Below are positions 1-14,300 of a stretch of DNA of 64,000 nucleotides, in pieces. Source of the DNA: Octopus vulgaris (Eukaryota); contig OX597832.1 in the NCBI GenBank assembly GCA_951406725.2, positions 52,576,001 through 52,640,000 on the forward strand, in the 5' to 3' direction. Position numbers and translations under genes: made by a program. The notes beneath the pieces were generated by a model. The model was not told the origin of the DNA. It was given only the letters and a program-made list of their open reading frames with translations, and did no database searches. The first letter of the stretch is position 1. Each line of letters begins with the position of its first letter.

Positions 1-829
1 ACAAATAATGTAAAAACAATTATTTATATACTACATGAAAAAGTACCTTAGGTTGGTTGTAAAAATCTGTGTTGTAAAATTAGGTGAAGGAAAATGAGAT
101 CTGATAAAATGATATTGGATATGAATGCAGAGAAAAATGTTGGGCTGTAAACTAATTTCATCCATCCCAGAATAAGAAACAGATGTTTGTAGGGGTGGCA
201 ACAGCAAAGCAAAAATACAATTTGCAAACTTTATCCTACAATATATTTGAAAGAACTTTTATAATTGTAACCATTCCTTGGATTTGTATAGTTATAGCTT
301 GACTCCATTTCTGCTTTGGTAACTCAGAATAGAACTTTGTTAATTCCTGTATAACAGTATTTTTGGTATTAGATCCAAAAATTGAACAATGCTCCTTATT
401 TATAGATTAAAATTTTTGCAGAAGAAACCAAATTAATCTTACTTTAAGTTTCTTCAAGTTTTCTGTTTATAAAAATGTGGAACTCAAAATGGTAATTCCA
501 ATTATTCTTTCTATATTCTCTAGAGACAGCAGATTTACCAAACATAATTGAATACAGGTGCATAGTAAGGTTTAAGACCACTTATCCAACTAGCATAAAG
601 TCTTTTTCAAGAACAATGTTGTATTTGGAGTAAAAAAAGGGGACTAAATGAATTTATAAAATTTGGATAAAAAAACAAAACAACCTAAAATGATTTTTAA
701 TGAAGGTTATATAACATTTATGAAATATCAATAAAAGATGAAATCAAATATAAAAAAAAAATCATGGGGTTTTTCACTGTAGATCTGTTAAAGGAGTATT
801 ATTGTGGATTGAGGTGTGAACTGATTATA

Positions 830-1124
830 TCTTTATATATAATATTGAAGTTGTGTGTGTGAGACTCTGTCTCCTCTGATTTAGATTCCTAACTACTCCC
901 ACAGTTTAACCAAAAGCGGGTATCTTATAGTCGTCATTCATATCGAGCCCTTCTGGGTACTAGCACGCATCTACGATGAGTCTACGATTTAAAAATAAAT
1001 TTACCATCATTTTTCCGCATTTTTAATGATTTTTGCTCGGGTTATATAAGGGAAGTAACTCTCTAAAAATGCTTATATAGTTATTTCCCTTACAAACCCG
1101 AGCAACGCCAGGCGATACTGCTAG
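830..1124 (+). mobile_element. Non-autonomous Helitron-like element
   Basis: 5' TCTTTATATATAA...GTGTGTGT; 3' hairpin CCCGAGCAACGCCAGG followed by CTAG; flanked by A and T. Confidence 0.65.
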
Positions 1125-1764
1125 TTTTGTCCTAAAAAGAAAACGATAACATTATTAGACATACAAACTTTGGTGGACTTACTCAATGAAAAAGGTGACA
1201 ACTTCTACAATAAGGCCTCCTTGTTTTATATCTTAGTTTATTTACCAAGGAAGAACCATTTAATATCTGCAAATGCACGTCATTCCTTTCCCATCTAATA
1301 AATCATAGGTATTCATATATAATCCGTGGCAATTTTCTTTTTGAACTAAATATGTATTGTTGTTGTATTTTTAAGTTCTATATTTATTAACAATTTCTGC
1401 ATCCGTCATCTTTGTAAATGATCAATTTAAAGATTCTATAACCAGACATTTCATTATAGATTCTCAGAGAATAACAGCTTATCTTTTCCAGAATTTCCAC
1501 GTGGAACCTGTTGTTGAATTCTGATATCAGTGGCCCATGTACCAGTAGAAAATATTGGCTTCAGATCTTAACTTTGGTAAACATCTTCCTGGATGATCTT
1601 CAATTCTTAACAAACTGGGTTATTTCCCTAACCAGAATTTTTGCATTTTCTTACATGAAAGTAGCTGGCCATAAGACTTCATTAATTTGTGTATGACCTT
1701 CATATTGCTTGTGTTAATACTGCATGAGGAATTACATCTGAAAAATCAAAACCTCATTTGTTTT

Positions 1765-1861
1765 GTACTAAAATGGTGCATAATTTATTTACATAATATA
1801 CTAAAATGGTGCATAAGTTATTATGTACTAAAATGGTGCATAAGTTATTTACATAATATAC
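1765..1861 (+). repeat. Short tandem repeat of TACTAAAATGGTGCATAA (3 copies)
   Basis: Directly visible. Confidence 0.85.
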
Positions 1862-2356
1862 GGATAAATAATATATAACTGTTCTCTTACATAGTTACAT
1901 CTAATTTGCATGCTTCCTGTTTCTTTCGTTTTGAGATTCATTTATCTTACCATATTTTCTGGCATACAAGTCAACTTAGTATACAGAATAAACATGTAGT
2001 TTAAACATTCAAATATCATTCCTATCTCTCCAAATCCTCCTGCCTTTCACACAGAACTTTTGGTTCTCCAAAGTGTCTTGTGTGTAAGTCAACCTACTTT
2101 TGCAGGGTTGTAAATTTTGGACTGAAAAGTTTGACATTGTATGCTGGAAAATATAGCATTTACCGATTCACATACCTTTTTTTTTTTGTTAATATTATTG
2201 CATGGGCTGAATTATTTTTGCTATATTGATTGTAATGCAATTAAACTAAAACAAACAAGAGTATAATAACTAAAGCAACCAGAAGTACAACACAATAGTT
2301 AGTCTTGAACTCATGACCCTGGTTATAGCCGAGCAAACTATGGCTCACAAGATTTT

Positions 2357-2770
2357 CATCATCATCATCATCATTGTTTAACGTCCGCTTTCCATGCTAG
2401 CATGGGTTGGATGATTTGACTGAGGGCTGGCGAAACAGATGGCTGCACCAGGCTCTAATCTTGATCTGGCAGAGTTTCTACAGCTGGATGCCCTTCCTAA
2501 TGCCAGCCACTCCGAGAGTGCAGTGGGTGCTTTTACGTACCACCGGCACGGGGGCCAGTCAGGTGGTACTGGCAATGACCTCCCTCGAATCTTTTTACAC
2601 ATGCCACCGGCACAGGTGCTAGTAAGGCGATGCTGGTAACGATCTTGCTCGAATGGTGCCTTTTACATGCCACTAGCATGGAAGCCAGTTAGCCGCTCTG
2701 GCAACGATCACACTCGGATGGTGCTCTTAGCACCCTACTAGCACGGGGCTCAAGTGCCAGTAAGGCAACC
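2357..2770 (-). mobile_element. Family C SINE-like element with RTE-type (GAT)n tail
   Basis: Contains GGATGCCCTTCCTAATGCC and a (CAT)n end. Relatives at about 12085, 13360-13905, 34995, 44757, 46560, 47278 and 50510. Confidence 0.72.
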
Positions 2771-3977
2771 TGAATAGAAAATTACCTTGACTGTTTTTAG
2801 TGGGGCAGCCAGTCCACTTGATGAAAAGCCACATCTCATACAGCCTGCTTTTTTTAATAGGGTTGCATATGCCTAGTCTAGCATTTCAACTAAACATTTA
2901 CTTTCTACTTATTTTATTTGTCATGTACGTATTATGCTAGCAAAAAAATATTGCTTCAGTAGTCTAAACATTTAGAGTGCATATTTTGATGGTCCCTTTC
3001 TGATTCTTGAACTTGTATTCCATTGGTTTGCACAGTCTTATAATTGTGACATGCCAAAATGTAATTTAGTAAAGTGTTAGTTCTGGCTCTGTCAGGTTCC
3101 AGGTACTCTGTATTTCCACCTTAATCTGTATTCCCTCTCATAAACACACACACGTTAGTGTATGTATGTATATATATATATATACATAATATTAGGGGGT
3201 AAATCCAAACTTACAGGGAAAAATTAGATTTAGGATTAAATCAAATTTCACAGTATAAATATAAATTAAATTAGAGAAAAAACCACTATTAGGCAAATCA
3301 AACAGTGAAAAACATAAACCAAAACATAAAAATAAATATAATTAATATAATATACAAAATATATAAAATATACAATTTAAAATTAAATTTTTTAAATCTA
3401 AAATTTTTAATTATTAATTTTTAATTTTTAATATTTTTAATTAATTTTTGATTTTATATATATATAATAATAATAATAATATAAATAATATATAAATATA
3501 TGCATACATACATGCATATATGTACACACCTACATATATTTGATGTTATAACACAACATCCACTTTAAGAAGGAGGGGAATATTCTTTATGTTGTATGTC
3601 TCGTTTCTCTGGGTTTTTTTCATTGTTCGAAAAAATGTTTGTTTCTATGTTTTTGTTTTTATGTTTTCGTTTCTCATTGTGTTCAATGTTTTTTTTATGT
3701 CCTGTACCCATATATGCATGTGTTATAACATGAAATACTGTGTTATTTACCTTGAGAGGACCTCATATGAACACATGGTACATAAAAGCACTCATATTTA
3801 TATCACTGGCAGATGAAACTTGTCTGTTACAGGTGCAGAGACTACCAGAAGTTAGCAGACAAGAACCTCTGCAACAAGTACTGGAACTGCTAGATCACAT
3901 CATTTCAACCTGCCTGATCTCTTCAGTAGCAGACATCCAGTTGCAGCACAACAGCCAAATCTCACTGTCAATGATAT

Positions 3978-4019
<42 letters not shown>

Positions 4020-4805
4020 ATGTCTTTTCCAGGCACAGGTGTTGCAGATAGTTAGCAAGTTTATTAAAAAATAATTAATAATGATAGAAGCAGAAATTAA
4101 TACCAAAATGTAATCTTCGCACCCAACTCAACTTGGATGTTGTGAAAGAACACTGAATATCATGTTATTTACCTTGAGAGGACTTCTTATATGGAGGCAA
4201 GGTGCATAACACTTATAGCATTGGCAAATGAGAGTCATCTGTTATGGACACCAGAACTGCCAGATCATGTGATTTTGACTTGCCTGGCCTCTTCAGTGAC
4301 AGGCATCTGGTAGCAGCATAACTGTTGAATCTCACTGTCAGTGATATGTAGAGTTTCAGTAACTTTTCAGACCCTGATGTTACAAATAGCAGCAAGTATA
4401 TTTTAAAATCATTGATAGCGACAGAAGCACCAGTATTTAATTTAAAAAGCCATCTATGCATCATATATAATGTATATACACAGTTGATAAGCCAGTCACT
4501 GTAATATTCGTCCTTAGGTAATATTTCTTATGGACTTACTGTATTAAGAGCACGATAAATATCAAAGAGAGATATAAAAAAGGATTTACCTTCAGCATAT
4601 GACTGGTTGTGAGTTAGCACCATTCAAAGGGCCCAAAAAAACTGATGTGCATTTGGCACTCTCACTTTAGGTTATCAGATCTCGTTGAATCATCCAGCCC
4701 AGTCCAGTGTGGACAATGGACAGTGGTGATGTGCATGTATATACATATATGTGTGTGTGTATGCATTTATATATGAATGCACATGTGTGTGTGTGTGTGT
4801 GGAGT

Positions 4806-5061
4806 GTGGTAGGGGCATGCTTTGAGGAGGGATGAAGAGCATGTTCTAAGGAGGGTGATTGCATTTGAGGTAAATGGAGCGCAAAAGCAAGGTAGACCAA
4901 GGAAAAGGTGGAGAAGGAGATTGGGAGTGTTGGTTTGAAAAAGGGGGATGCCCAAAACCAGGCGAGCTAGTGTGAGGGTGGTTGCTAGGGCATTGAGGTA
5001 GATCTGGCCACACCTGTTAACGGGGACAAAGCCCAGATTTAAAACACTGGATGATGATGAT
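4806..5061 (+). mobile_element. RTE-clade LINE 3' fragment
   Basis: Translates GHALRRDEEHVLRRVIAFEVNGAQKQGRPRKRW, typical of the RTE ORF C-terminus; ends in a (GAT)n tail. Confidence 0.75.
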
Positions 5062-5192
5062 GTGTATATACATTATATATAAATACATGTATATATGTGT
5101 GTGTGTGTGTATGTGTGTGCATGTGTGTGTATATATATATAATATATGTATATGTGTGTGAGTGTATGGGTGTATATATGTGTATGTATCTC

Positions 5193-5249
<57 letters not shown>

Positions 5250-5253
<4 letters not shown>

Positions 5254-5556
5254 CTGTTTGTTCCTTCTCAAGCCATGCCTGGCCCATAGGGCCGGTTTCC
5301 CGGTTTCCTTGGTGTATAGGTTCCCCCCACCTGGACGGGATGCCAGTCGGTCATAGGTGAGCTGCAAAATGCAGGAGGAAAGAGTGAGAGAAAGTTGTGG
5401 TGAAAGAGTCAGCAGAAGTTCGCCATTACCTTCTGCCGGAGCCATGTGGAACTTAGGTGTTTCGCTCATAAACACACACATCGCCCGGTCTGAGATTCGA
5501 ACCTGTGATCCCTTGACCGGGAGTCCACTGCTCTAATCACTGGGTCATGTGCCTCC
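5250..5556 (-). mobile_element. tRNA-derived SINE (distinct family)
   Basis: Minus-strand head GGAGGCACATGACCCAGTGATTAGAGCAG...GGTTCGAATCTC with Pol III A and B boxes, followed by a non-tRNA body. Confidence 0.7.
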
Positions 5557-5777
5557 ACTGATAGAGTGTCCATAAGAGAAACTGATGTTGTATGCAATGC
5601 ACAATGCCTTGATATACTCCGTTAGGCAACAGTTATTACTGCTATCTTATACCATGGTGTTTGTCCTGCAAAGAATGTGTGGAATTTTTTTGCACATTTG
5701 AAAATGCCTGTCTAATTAGGCAATGAAAATTATTTAGAACTCTGGTCTTCAATGACAACTAAACTAAATAGTGTTAA

Positions 5778-6171
5778 TCTCTCTATATATAAAGCTGAAG
5801 TTGTCTGTGTATGGCAGATTTGGTAGTCTTCAACTAACACTATATCCTCCAAGACCCTGTGGCACAAGTTGACCAAAATTGAGATTATGATAGAAGAAGG
5901 CTTGCTCTTCCTTCCGTAGAAGATAAAATTCAAATCGGACCATGTTAAGACCGAAAATTATTTACATCAAAAAGGTGCTTCTTTTTCTATGAAAATCCCT
6001 GTTCTTTTATGATTTTTTTACTGCTGTGTTGCCATTTTTTGGTGTATTTCAACCAGAAAAATGTTCACTTTAAGAGAATAACTAGCTACATAATGCCAAA
6101 GTTTTACTTTTCAAAAATTCCAATTCTAAAGGGTCGAAACAAACCCGAGCAACGCCGGGCGATACTGCTAG
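5778..6171 (+). mobile_element. Non-autonomous Helitron-like element
   Basis: A|TCTCTCTATATATAAAGCTGAAGTTG ... CCCGAGCAACGCCGGGCGATACTGCTAG|T. Same termini as 830-1124 with a different interior. Confidence 0.7.
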
Positions 6172-6489
6172 TTTATGTATATAGCTCTGTGTGTGTGTGT
6201 GTGTGTGTGTTCATATCTTTCATTGTTTACTTATTTAGTCATTAGACCAAGGGCAATACTGGGGTACCGCTTTGTTTTGTCAGACAAATCAGCCTCACTA
6301 CTCACTTGTTTCAGTCATTTGACTGTGGCCATACTGGAGCACCACCTTCAGTCGAGCAAATCGACCCCAGGACAAACACAGACACATACATACATATACA
6401 CACACATACATATATATATATATACATATATACGACGGGCTTCAAAACGAGGAAAACAAAGACACACACACATAGATATATATACAGAC

Positions 6490-6878
6490 ATGATGGCTGT
6501 CTACTCGTGACCGAGAAAGCCATTGCTGACCTTTAGGAACATTGTGCGCTCTAGGACCAATTTATATTTTGCAGTTGCAGCTCCATCGGTGGCCAATGAG
6601 CCCTGCTCTTGACAAGCATACACGACTGCAAACACTGCAAACCAAGCTTTCCCCATTCACTATACTAGCAGTGTGCTTTTGAGCAGCACACTTAAATTCT
6701 TTATGCCGAGTACAAGCTCTTTTAAAGTTGTCGACCCCACCTTAACCTGCTTCCTCCATCTGTGACGATGAAGGGCATTGCTCTCTCAGTCAGTCTCCTG
6801 CATATCACAGGCCTTTAATGAGGATTTGACACAGTCTTTAAATTGCAGCCTTGGTTTCTGCTGGGGTCTCTTTCTACT
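6490..6878 (-). mobile_element. RTE-like LINE 3' fragment
   Basis: Minus strand reads KRPQQKPRLQFKDCVKSSLKAC...HRWRKQVKVG, then a C-x2-C...H zinc-finger-like segment (CSRVCLSRAGLIGH). Confidence 0.7.
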
Positions 6879-7682
6879 AACCTATATATATATATCATCA
6901 TCCATATATATATAAAATATATATATGAAAATACAAAATGGGACAAGAACGCAAAACATTCAAATAGACGACACAAAAAAACGGACGGGTCATTCGAAGC
7001 CTCTAATCTTCAGTCAAGAACCGGATCATCCATATATATATATATACACACACACACACATACAATGAGCTTATTTCAATTTCCATTTACCAAATCTGCT
7101 CACAAGGCTTTGGTCAGCCCAAGGCTATAGTAGAAGACACTTGCTCAAGGTGCCACACAGCAGGACTGAACCCAGAACCATGTGGTTGAGAAGCAAGCTT
7201 CTTATCTCCCAACCACATCTGCATGTTAAGATAAGATATATATTTTTAAATACACTGGTACAACTTACTAATTTGCAAATTTTGCTTGTGAAAAATCTTC
7301 GTTAATTTGTCATTAACTTTAAATTAAACCACATTTACTTAACGAGTCTTCCATCTCTACACTGGCATGTATGGTGATTTCTATAATTTGCTGATGAGAT
7401 CGTAATAAGACTGAAACATAACTAGAGTTGTCTGCTGTATTTGCCACAATAATTTTTATTGATTTATATTGTTTGTTTTTTTCCTTTGCTATATTAAATA
7501 TATTAATGCCAAACATCTTACCATTAAATGTATTGACACTAACCACAAATAACAAACATTTTTCCTGACATTTCCAATGACTTTCAAAAAATATAACAGT
7601 TGCTTTGTTTGTTTGTCATGTCATGGCCATTTTCTCTCCCTTACAGTCCACTTTATTCGCTTCAGCTCAGCTCATTCCAGTC

Positions 7683-7785
<103 letters not shown>

Positions 7786-8412
7786 TCTCTCTGTAATCAA
7801 CCCATGTACGCACACACCAGAAATGTGACACAAATGATATTTTAGTGCTGACTGATTGGCAATTAAGGGATATGGCTCTATTTTTAAAAACTACTATTAA
7901 ATGCTGCATGATTACACACCCTGATGGAAAATGACAAACTCATTGTAATTTCCTTCCTACATAACAAAAGCAGCATAATTGATAGAATGTATTTGAAACA
8001 TTTGTTATTACTAAGTCTATAGGACTCCTAAAGCCATCTCCATGCTGCACGTTGTTGGAGCTGTGTTATGGACAAACGTAAGACGTTCATTGTATTTGTG
8101 GTATTGCTCTTTGTTTAGGTGAAAGAGAATGTTCAAATAATGTATCTAGTTGCCTTTAGTGTGTGTGTGTGTGTGTGTGTAAATGTGTGTGTGTTAGTAT
8201 ATGTATGTGTGTGTAAATATATGTGTTGATGTATGTGTGTGTAAATATACGTATATGCATGTCTTAATATGTCTATGTGTCTGCGTGAGTGTGTGCATGT
8301 GCAAATATGTGTGTGTGTAAATATATATGTTAATGTATGTGTGTGTAAATATATGTGTATGCTTGTCTTAATATATCTATGTGTCTATGTGAGTGTGTGC
8401 ATGTGCAAATAA

Positions 8413-8501
<89 letters not shown>

Positions 8502-9890
8502 GTGTGTGTGTGTATATATATATATGTGTGTGTATATATATATATGTATGTGTATATGTATGTATACACACACACACGTATATGCACACATATATTTGCA
8601 CATGTACACACTCACACACATAGATATATTAACACATCCATATATATATTTACACACACACGCACACACACACATATTTACACATATATATGTTTTCACA
8701 CGAGTGAGTATATGTATTCATCTATGTATGTATATTCATATGTGTGTGTGTGTGTGCATTTGTGTATATACAGGTGTATTTAGGTGATGTTTTATATCCT
8801 ATTTCCATTGAGAATACATTTTAATTAAAACTATACCTACATTTCCTCCCTATTCTTATTTCCATTCATTAGTTTCATGCCTTATTTTATTTTATAGAGT
8901 AACCTTTTTATAATTCAATTGGAAGCTACAAAATTTTTCAGGATTTTACAAATAGCTTTTGTTTGGACTGTGAGAGCTAAACCATTGTATTTCAGTGAAT
9001 AACACTTCTTTCCTTTATGAAAATTGTTAGGTTTATTTTTCTTAGAATTTATTTGTTCAACTTTTTTTCACCTTAATTGTTTCTTGTTTGTTTTTTTTAT
9101 ATTTTTGTTGTTTTTTGTTTTTCTTATATTTTTGTTGTTTTTATTTGTTTTTGTTTTTTTAGTAATGCCTGTATTTATATTTTGAAAATGTGAGAAAATT
9201 CATTGTTAAATTTTGTTTCAGGTAAACCATCAAAGAGCAAATACTTTGTTTTTTCTCTTCCTTATTTTAATAATTTACCAGGATTTGCTGTGAGAAATCA
9301 TGGTGTAAACCTTTGTATTTTCATACAACCATTCTCTTTCTCTCTCACACAGACAAACACACACACACATACACACATACATCACACTGACACACACACA
9401 CTCACATATGTACTTGTGGATCAATACAATTCATTATAGGTTAACAGTAGTTAAGATTTAACAAGAAGTCAAAAGTTGCCTTGATGTTGAAATAAGAGAG
9501 TAAAATTGTAAATTTAGATTCTTTAAGTATTTTTTTTCCCTCCTGAAGCAAAATTTGTTATTTCGTTATTTTTCAGGAATCGATACTTTTTACATTTAAT
9601 TTTTGATTTGCAAGAATGCTAAATTTTTTTTTCTTCTTTTGGAAATGTAAACTGCTCTTTGTTATTGAATCCCATGTTAACCCATGGGGTTCAACCTGTA
9701 ATCAAAGACATTCTAGTCATGACCATTCCATCTTTTTACATATCCAGGACTATATTATCTAATCTGTCTTCGTTTTATTTCAAAGATAGTAAAGTGTGAT
9801 TTGAAAGGGATTTAGCTGCTATTTCTAGCAAGTGGAGTGACTGCATAGGCTTCCCTTATATTATTCTCTCTTTCTCTTTTTCTCTTTTTT

Positions 9891-10277
9891 TCTTGTTTCA
9901 GTCATTTGACTGTGGCCATGCTGGAGCACCGGCTTTAGTCGAGCAAATCGACCCCAGGACTTATTCTTTGTAAGCCTAGTACTTATTCTATCGGTCTCTT
10001 TTTGCCGAACCGCTAAGTTTACGGGGACGTAAACACACCAGCATCAGTTGTCAAGCGATGTTGGGGGGACAAACACAGACACACAAACATACACACACAA
10101 GCACACACACAAACACACACATATATATGGGCTTATTTCAGTTTCTATCTACCAAATCTACTCATAAGGGTTTGGTTGGCCTGAGACTATATTAGAAGAC
10201 ACTTGCCCAAGGTGCCATGCATTCCGACTGAACCCAGAACCATGTGGTTGGTAAGCAAGCTACTTACCACACAGCCC
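9891..10277 (-). mobile_element. tRNA-headed SINE family A, about 400 bp with an internal (TA)n(TG)n
   Basis: Consensus head GGAGTGGCTGTGTGGTAAG...GGTTCAGTCCCAC and tail ...CCAGCATGGCCACAGTCAAATGACTGAAACAAG. More than 20 copies in the window. Confidence 0.85.
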
Positions 10278-10704
10278 TTTAAAAAAAATTAAATACTAGG
10301 GTGGATTTGTTCAACTAAACCTTTCAAGATGATGCCCCAGCATGGCCACAGTCCAATGACTGAAAGTAGAAAAAGACAAAAAATTGTGTATAGACTTTCT
10401 TTCTCTCTTGTAATCTTGACTTCTTCTTCATTTTTGATCGTTATCTCAACTATTTCAGTATTACACAACCGTCAGTTTTCTTGTATTTCTTCTCAAAATA
10501 CTTTCTAAATATATTGTAGTAGAGATCGTTTCAAGAATTCTTCTATATTTATTTCGTTCTGGCCACACACTTCAACATACATTCGGATCATCCTACCAAA
10601 GTTGTTGCCAAATCTTTGGAACTGGAATTTCATCCCCAGTTAGGATTTCTTAAAGCATTTTTCTGATAGTATGTGTGTGTGTATATGTGAGAGAGAGAAA
10701 GAGT

Positions 10705-10742
<38 letters not shown>

Positions 10743-10791
10743 AAGAGTGTGTGTGTGTGTATTTGTGACTGTGCCTGCCTATCTATACCTA

Positions 10792-10834
<43 letters not shown>

Positions 10835-11379
10835 CTCTCTCTCCTTCCCTTCCTCTCTTTCCTCTTTCTCTCTCTCTCTATATATATATATATTGATATC
10901 TCTCTATATTTATCTATTTACTTCTATCTATCAATACACACACACACACACACACACACGTGTGTGTGTGCGTAGTTCCTATAGTCAATCTGCAAAGTAG
11001 CAGCCAATTCGTTCTGTGAAGCATAAAGATGCAAATAGATAAAAAATTACACAAACATCACAGGTAAGATTACGAAGCAAAAAGGAAACAAACAAATAAT
11101 ACATGGATTCAGATAAGCAGAAAAAAACTTAACTGAAAAAGCATAGAAATATAAAGCAAAAAAACAACAACCAAAGATATGTACACCAAAGGAAAAAAAC
11201 CAAAGAGAATCTAACATTTAGGGTGGGACTCTTTATGAAAGCGAAGGAAAAGGATTAAGAGAGGCAAGAGATAGAGAAAATTATATGATATAAAATTTAC
11301 GATGTCTATTTAACAGGCAGATCTTAATTTTAGAATTCTTTGACAGTATTTTCTTTGACTTCAGATATAATTGTGTTCA

Positions 11380-14300
11380 TATTTTATGGGTGGTTTTGGA
11401 AGTTTAAGATAGGGATTTTTTTTCAATTTTGTTGAGTTGAAAAGGCAAGATGCAGAAACAATATATATTTCTGCATTACAGGGTCTGAATTATGCAGGAT
11501 TTAATGATAAATGTCTTTCAAAAAAATAATCTGATTGCATTTTGTTCTGATGGAGCAAGCATAATAATTTTTGAGAATTCAGGAATTAAGATGAGTTTTT
11601 TTTTTTTTTTTTTTGAGATTAAAATTTGCCACAACTTGAGTCATCATTTGCAACCTGTTTCGGATTATTCTATCAAAAATATAAAACCACTTTAAAAATA
11701 TTTGTTGTTGAAGTGTATGGGATCTTTCACCAATCCAATAAAACCAAATAGAACTTTAAAAAGACAACTCAGATTAGGAATCCTAAAGATTGGTAGAGTC
11801 TTAGAACTGAGATAGGCTTTTTGCAGCTTTAGATCAGCAGTTGGGAGTTTATAGACTGTTATATACATGGAAATATACATGGAAATAGCAGAGGAGAGGA
11901 CTATGATAGATTCAGGTTTCATGACTTAAAGTAATCTAACCTCTAAGATTTATTTTATTTTACACACTTCATTCATTGTTTAAAATATTCTTCTACTAAA
12001 GAAAATATCAAAGAATAGTTAGCTGTCTTACATATTATTCTTCTTTGAAAGACTAAACTTTTACAATGGGTGTAAATATCAATATCATCATCATTGTCAT
12101 TCAACATCTATTTTTCATGACATCATGGGTTGGAAAGTTTGACAGGCTCCAGCAAGCCGCAGGGCTTCACCAGGCTCCGGTGTCAGCTTTGGCATGGTTT
12201 CTATGTCTGGGCGCCCTTCATAACATCGATCCCTTTTCAGAGTGTACTGAGTGGTTTTTTTGTGGCACTGACACTAGTGAGGTCCAAGTGACTTGCAAGA
12301 CAAGAAGGAAATAGAAAAAGGCCTCCTCAACTAAAACTGGGAGGTGGAGGAGGGCGATGGTTCTGTGCCAGATATTGCGAAGCTAAAGTGTAATGGAGGG
12401 ACAAACCCAGGTAGTTTATAATAGAGGAGATGCAAGGCTACCCTGCAGTGTAAAAGGCTGGGTAGGAATAGCTGGTATGAAGATAGAGATGATGGTGATG
12501 GCATTCAATGTCAGATGTTCTTCAGTCAAGAAATCAAAATCTACCACAAACTGAAAAATTAATGAAAAGGTCAGTCAAGGCTATTAAAAGGCATAAAGAG
12601 AAAAAGAGGGAAGGGCAGTTGTGGAAGGAAAATAGATGAAAGCATTTTAACATATGGAGTTTGTTGAGAATAAGAAGTATCTGAGGCATAGGCAGGGCTG
12701 TGTGGTAAGAAGCTTGCTTCGTAACCACATGGTTCCGGATTCGGTCCCACTGTGTGATACCTTAGGCAGATGTCTACAACATCAGGCCAATCAAAGCCTT
12801 ATGAGTGGATTTGGAAGGTGGAAACTGAAAGAAACCCATCATATATAACATATATATATATATTACTTTTTTACTCTTTTATATGTTTAAGTCATTTGGC
12901 TGTGGCAATGCTGGAGCACCGCCTTTAGTCAAACAAATTGAGCCCAGGACTTATTCTTTGTAAGTCTAGTACTTATTCTATCGGTTTCTTTTGCCGGATT
13001 GCTAAGTTACAGGAACGTAAACACACCAGCATCAGTGGAGGGACAAACACAGATACACACACACTCACACATGCATATATATATATATATATATGATGAT
13101 GATATATATATATATGAATGATAGGCTTCTTTCAGTTTCCGTCTACCAAATCCACTCACAAGGCTTTGGTCGGTCCGAGGCTATAGCAGAAGACACTTAC
13201 CCATGGTGCCATACAGAGGAACCATGTGGTTGGTAAGCAAGCTTACTTACCCCACAGCCACTCCTGCACACCTATATATATATATATATGTTTGCATGTG
13301 TGTGTGTGCGCATTTATGTGTTACTGTTTCCTTGTTTGTTGTAAAGAAGTGTCACTGTCCAGCAAGTGGTGTCCTTCATTTCCAGTATTCTGTAAAAGCA
13401 TGTTCAGTCATGAGTAAATGCTACTTTATGTGGAATCAGGTGAGGTTTGGTGACAGGAAGGGCATCCGCTGTAAAAAATCTGCCTCAGCAAATTTTGACT
13501 GACCCATGCAAACATAGAAAGTGGACATTAAAATGATGACGATGATGAACCTTCTTCACTAAATATTTCTGGTTGCAGTCATAAGAAATATGAAACAGCT
13601 TTGGTAAGTGACCGAGACCTTTAGTAATGTACCATGCTTAAAAAGACTTGTCGATCCAAGTGAAATCATAGTTCTGGCCAATGCCGGTGTCACGTAACTG
13701 GGATCCGTGCCGGTGGCATGTAAGATGCACCCTTTACACTCTTGGAGTAGTTGGCTTTAGGAAGGGCACCCAGCCGAGGAAATCATGCCAAGTCAGATTG
13801 GAACCTGATGTAGCTCTCCTGTTTACCAGTTTCAGTCAAACCGTCTAACCCATGCCAGCATGGAAAGCAGACACTAAATGATGAAATGAAAATGATGATG
13901 ATGATTAATGAATGAGGATATTATAACACCAGAAAATAATTATTAAGAAACTAGCAGAATTCATGAATTGGTAAATATTGTTAATCCAGATTCTTGGAAC
14001 CTTGATGAACATGATGTCCCATGGAAAACAGTTTAGGAAACAGATGAATTCTATAAACAATTTTACCAAAAGATTTGTGTTTATTCCAGAATTATATTGA
14101 AAATATTACCCCAAAATAACACAAGATCCCAATAACAGACCAAAAAAACAAAAAAAAAATATAATTAATACTATTACTCTAATACCTGGCAGAGGTAAAA
14201 AGAGGATTTTCAATAATAATGAACATTATATATTCTCATAAAGGAATCACCTTTAGGTAAAAAGAAAAATTATGCTGATTATTTTTGATTCACTCTTAGA

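Noticed and set aside
5480-5556. tRNA gene
   Set aside because: A and B boxes are present, but the sequence runs into a SINE body and lacks a good acceptor stem. The same applies to the family A heads.
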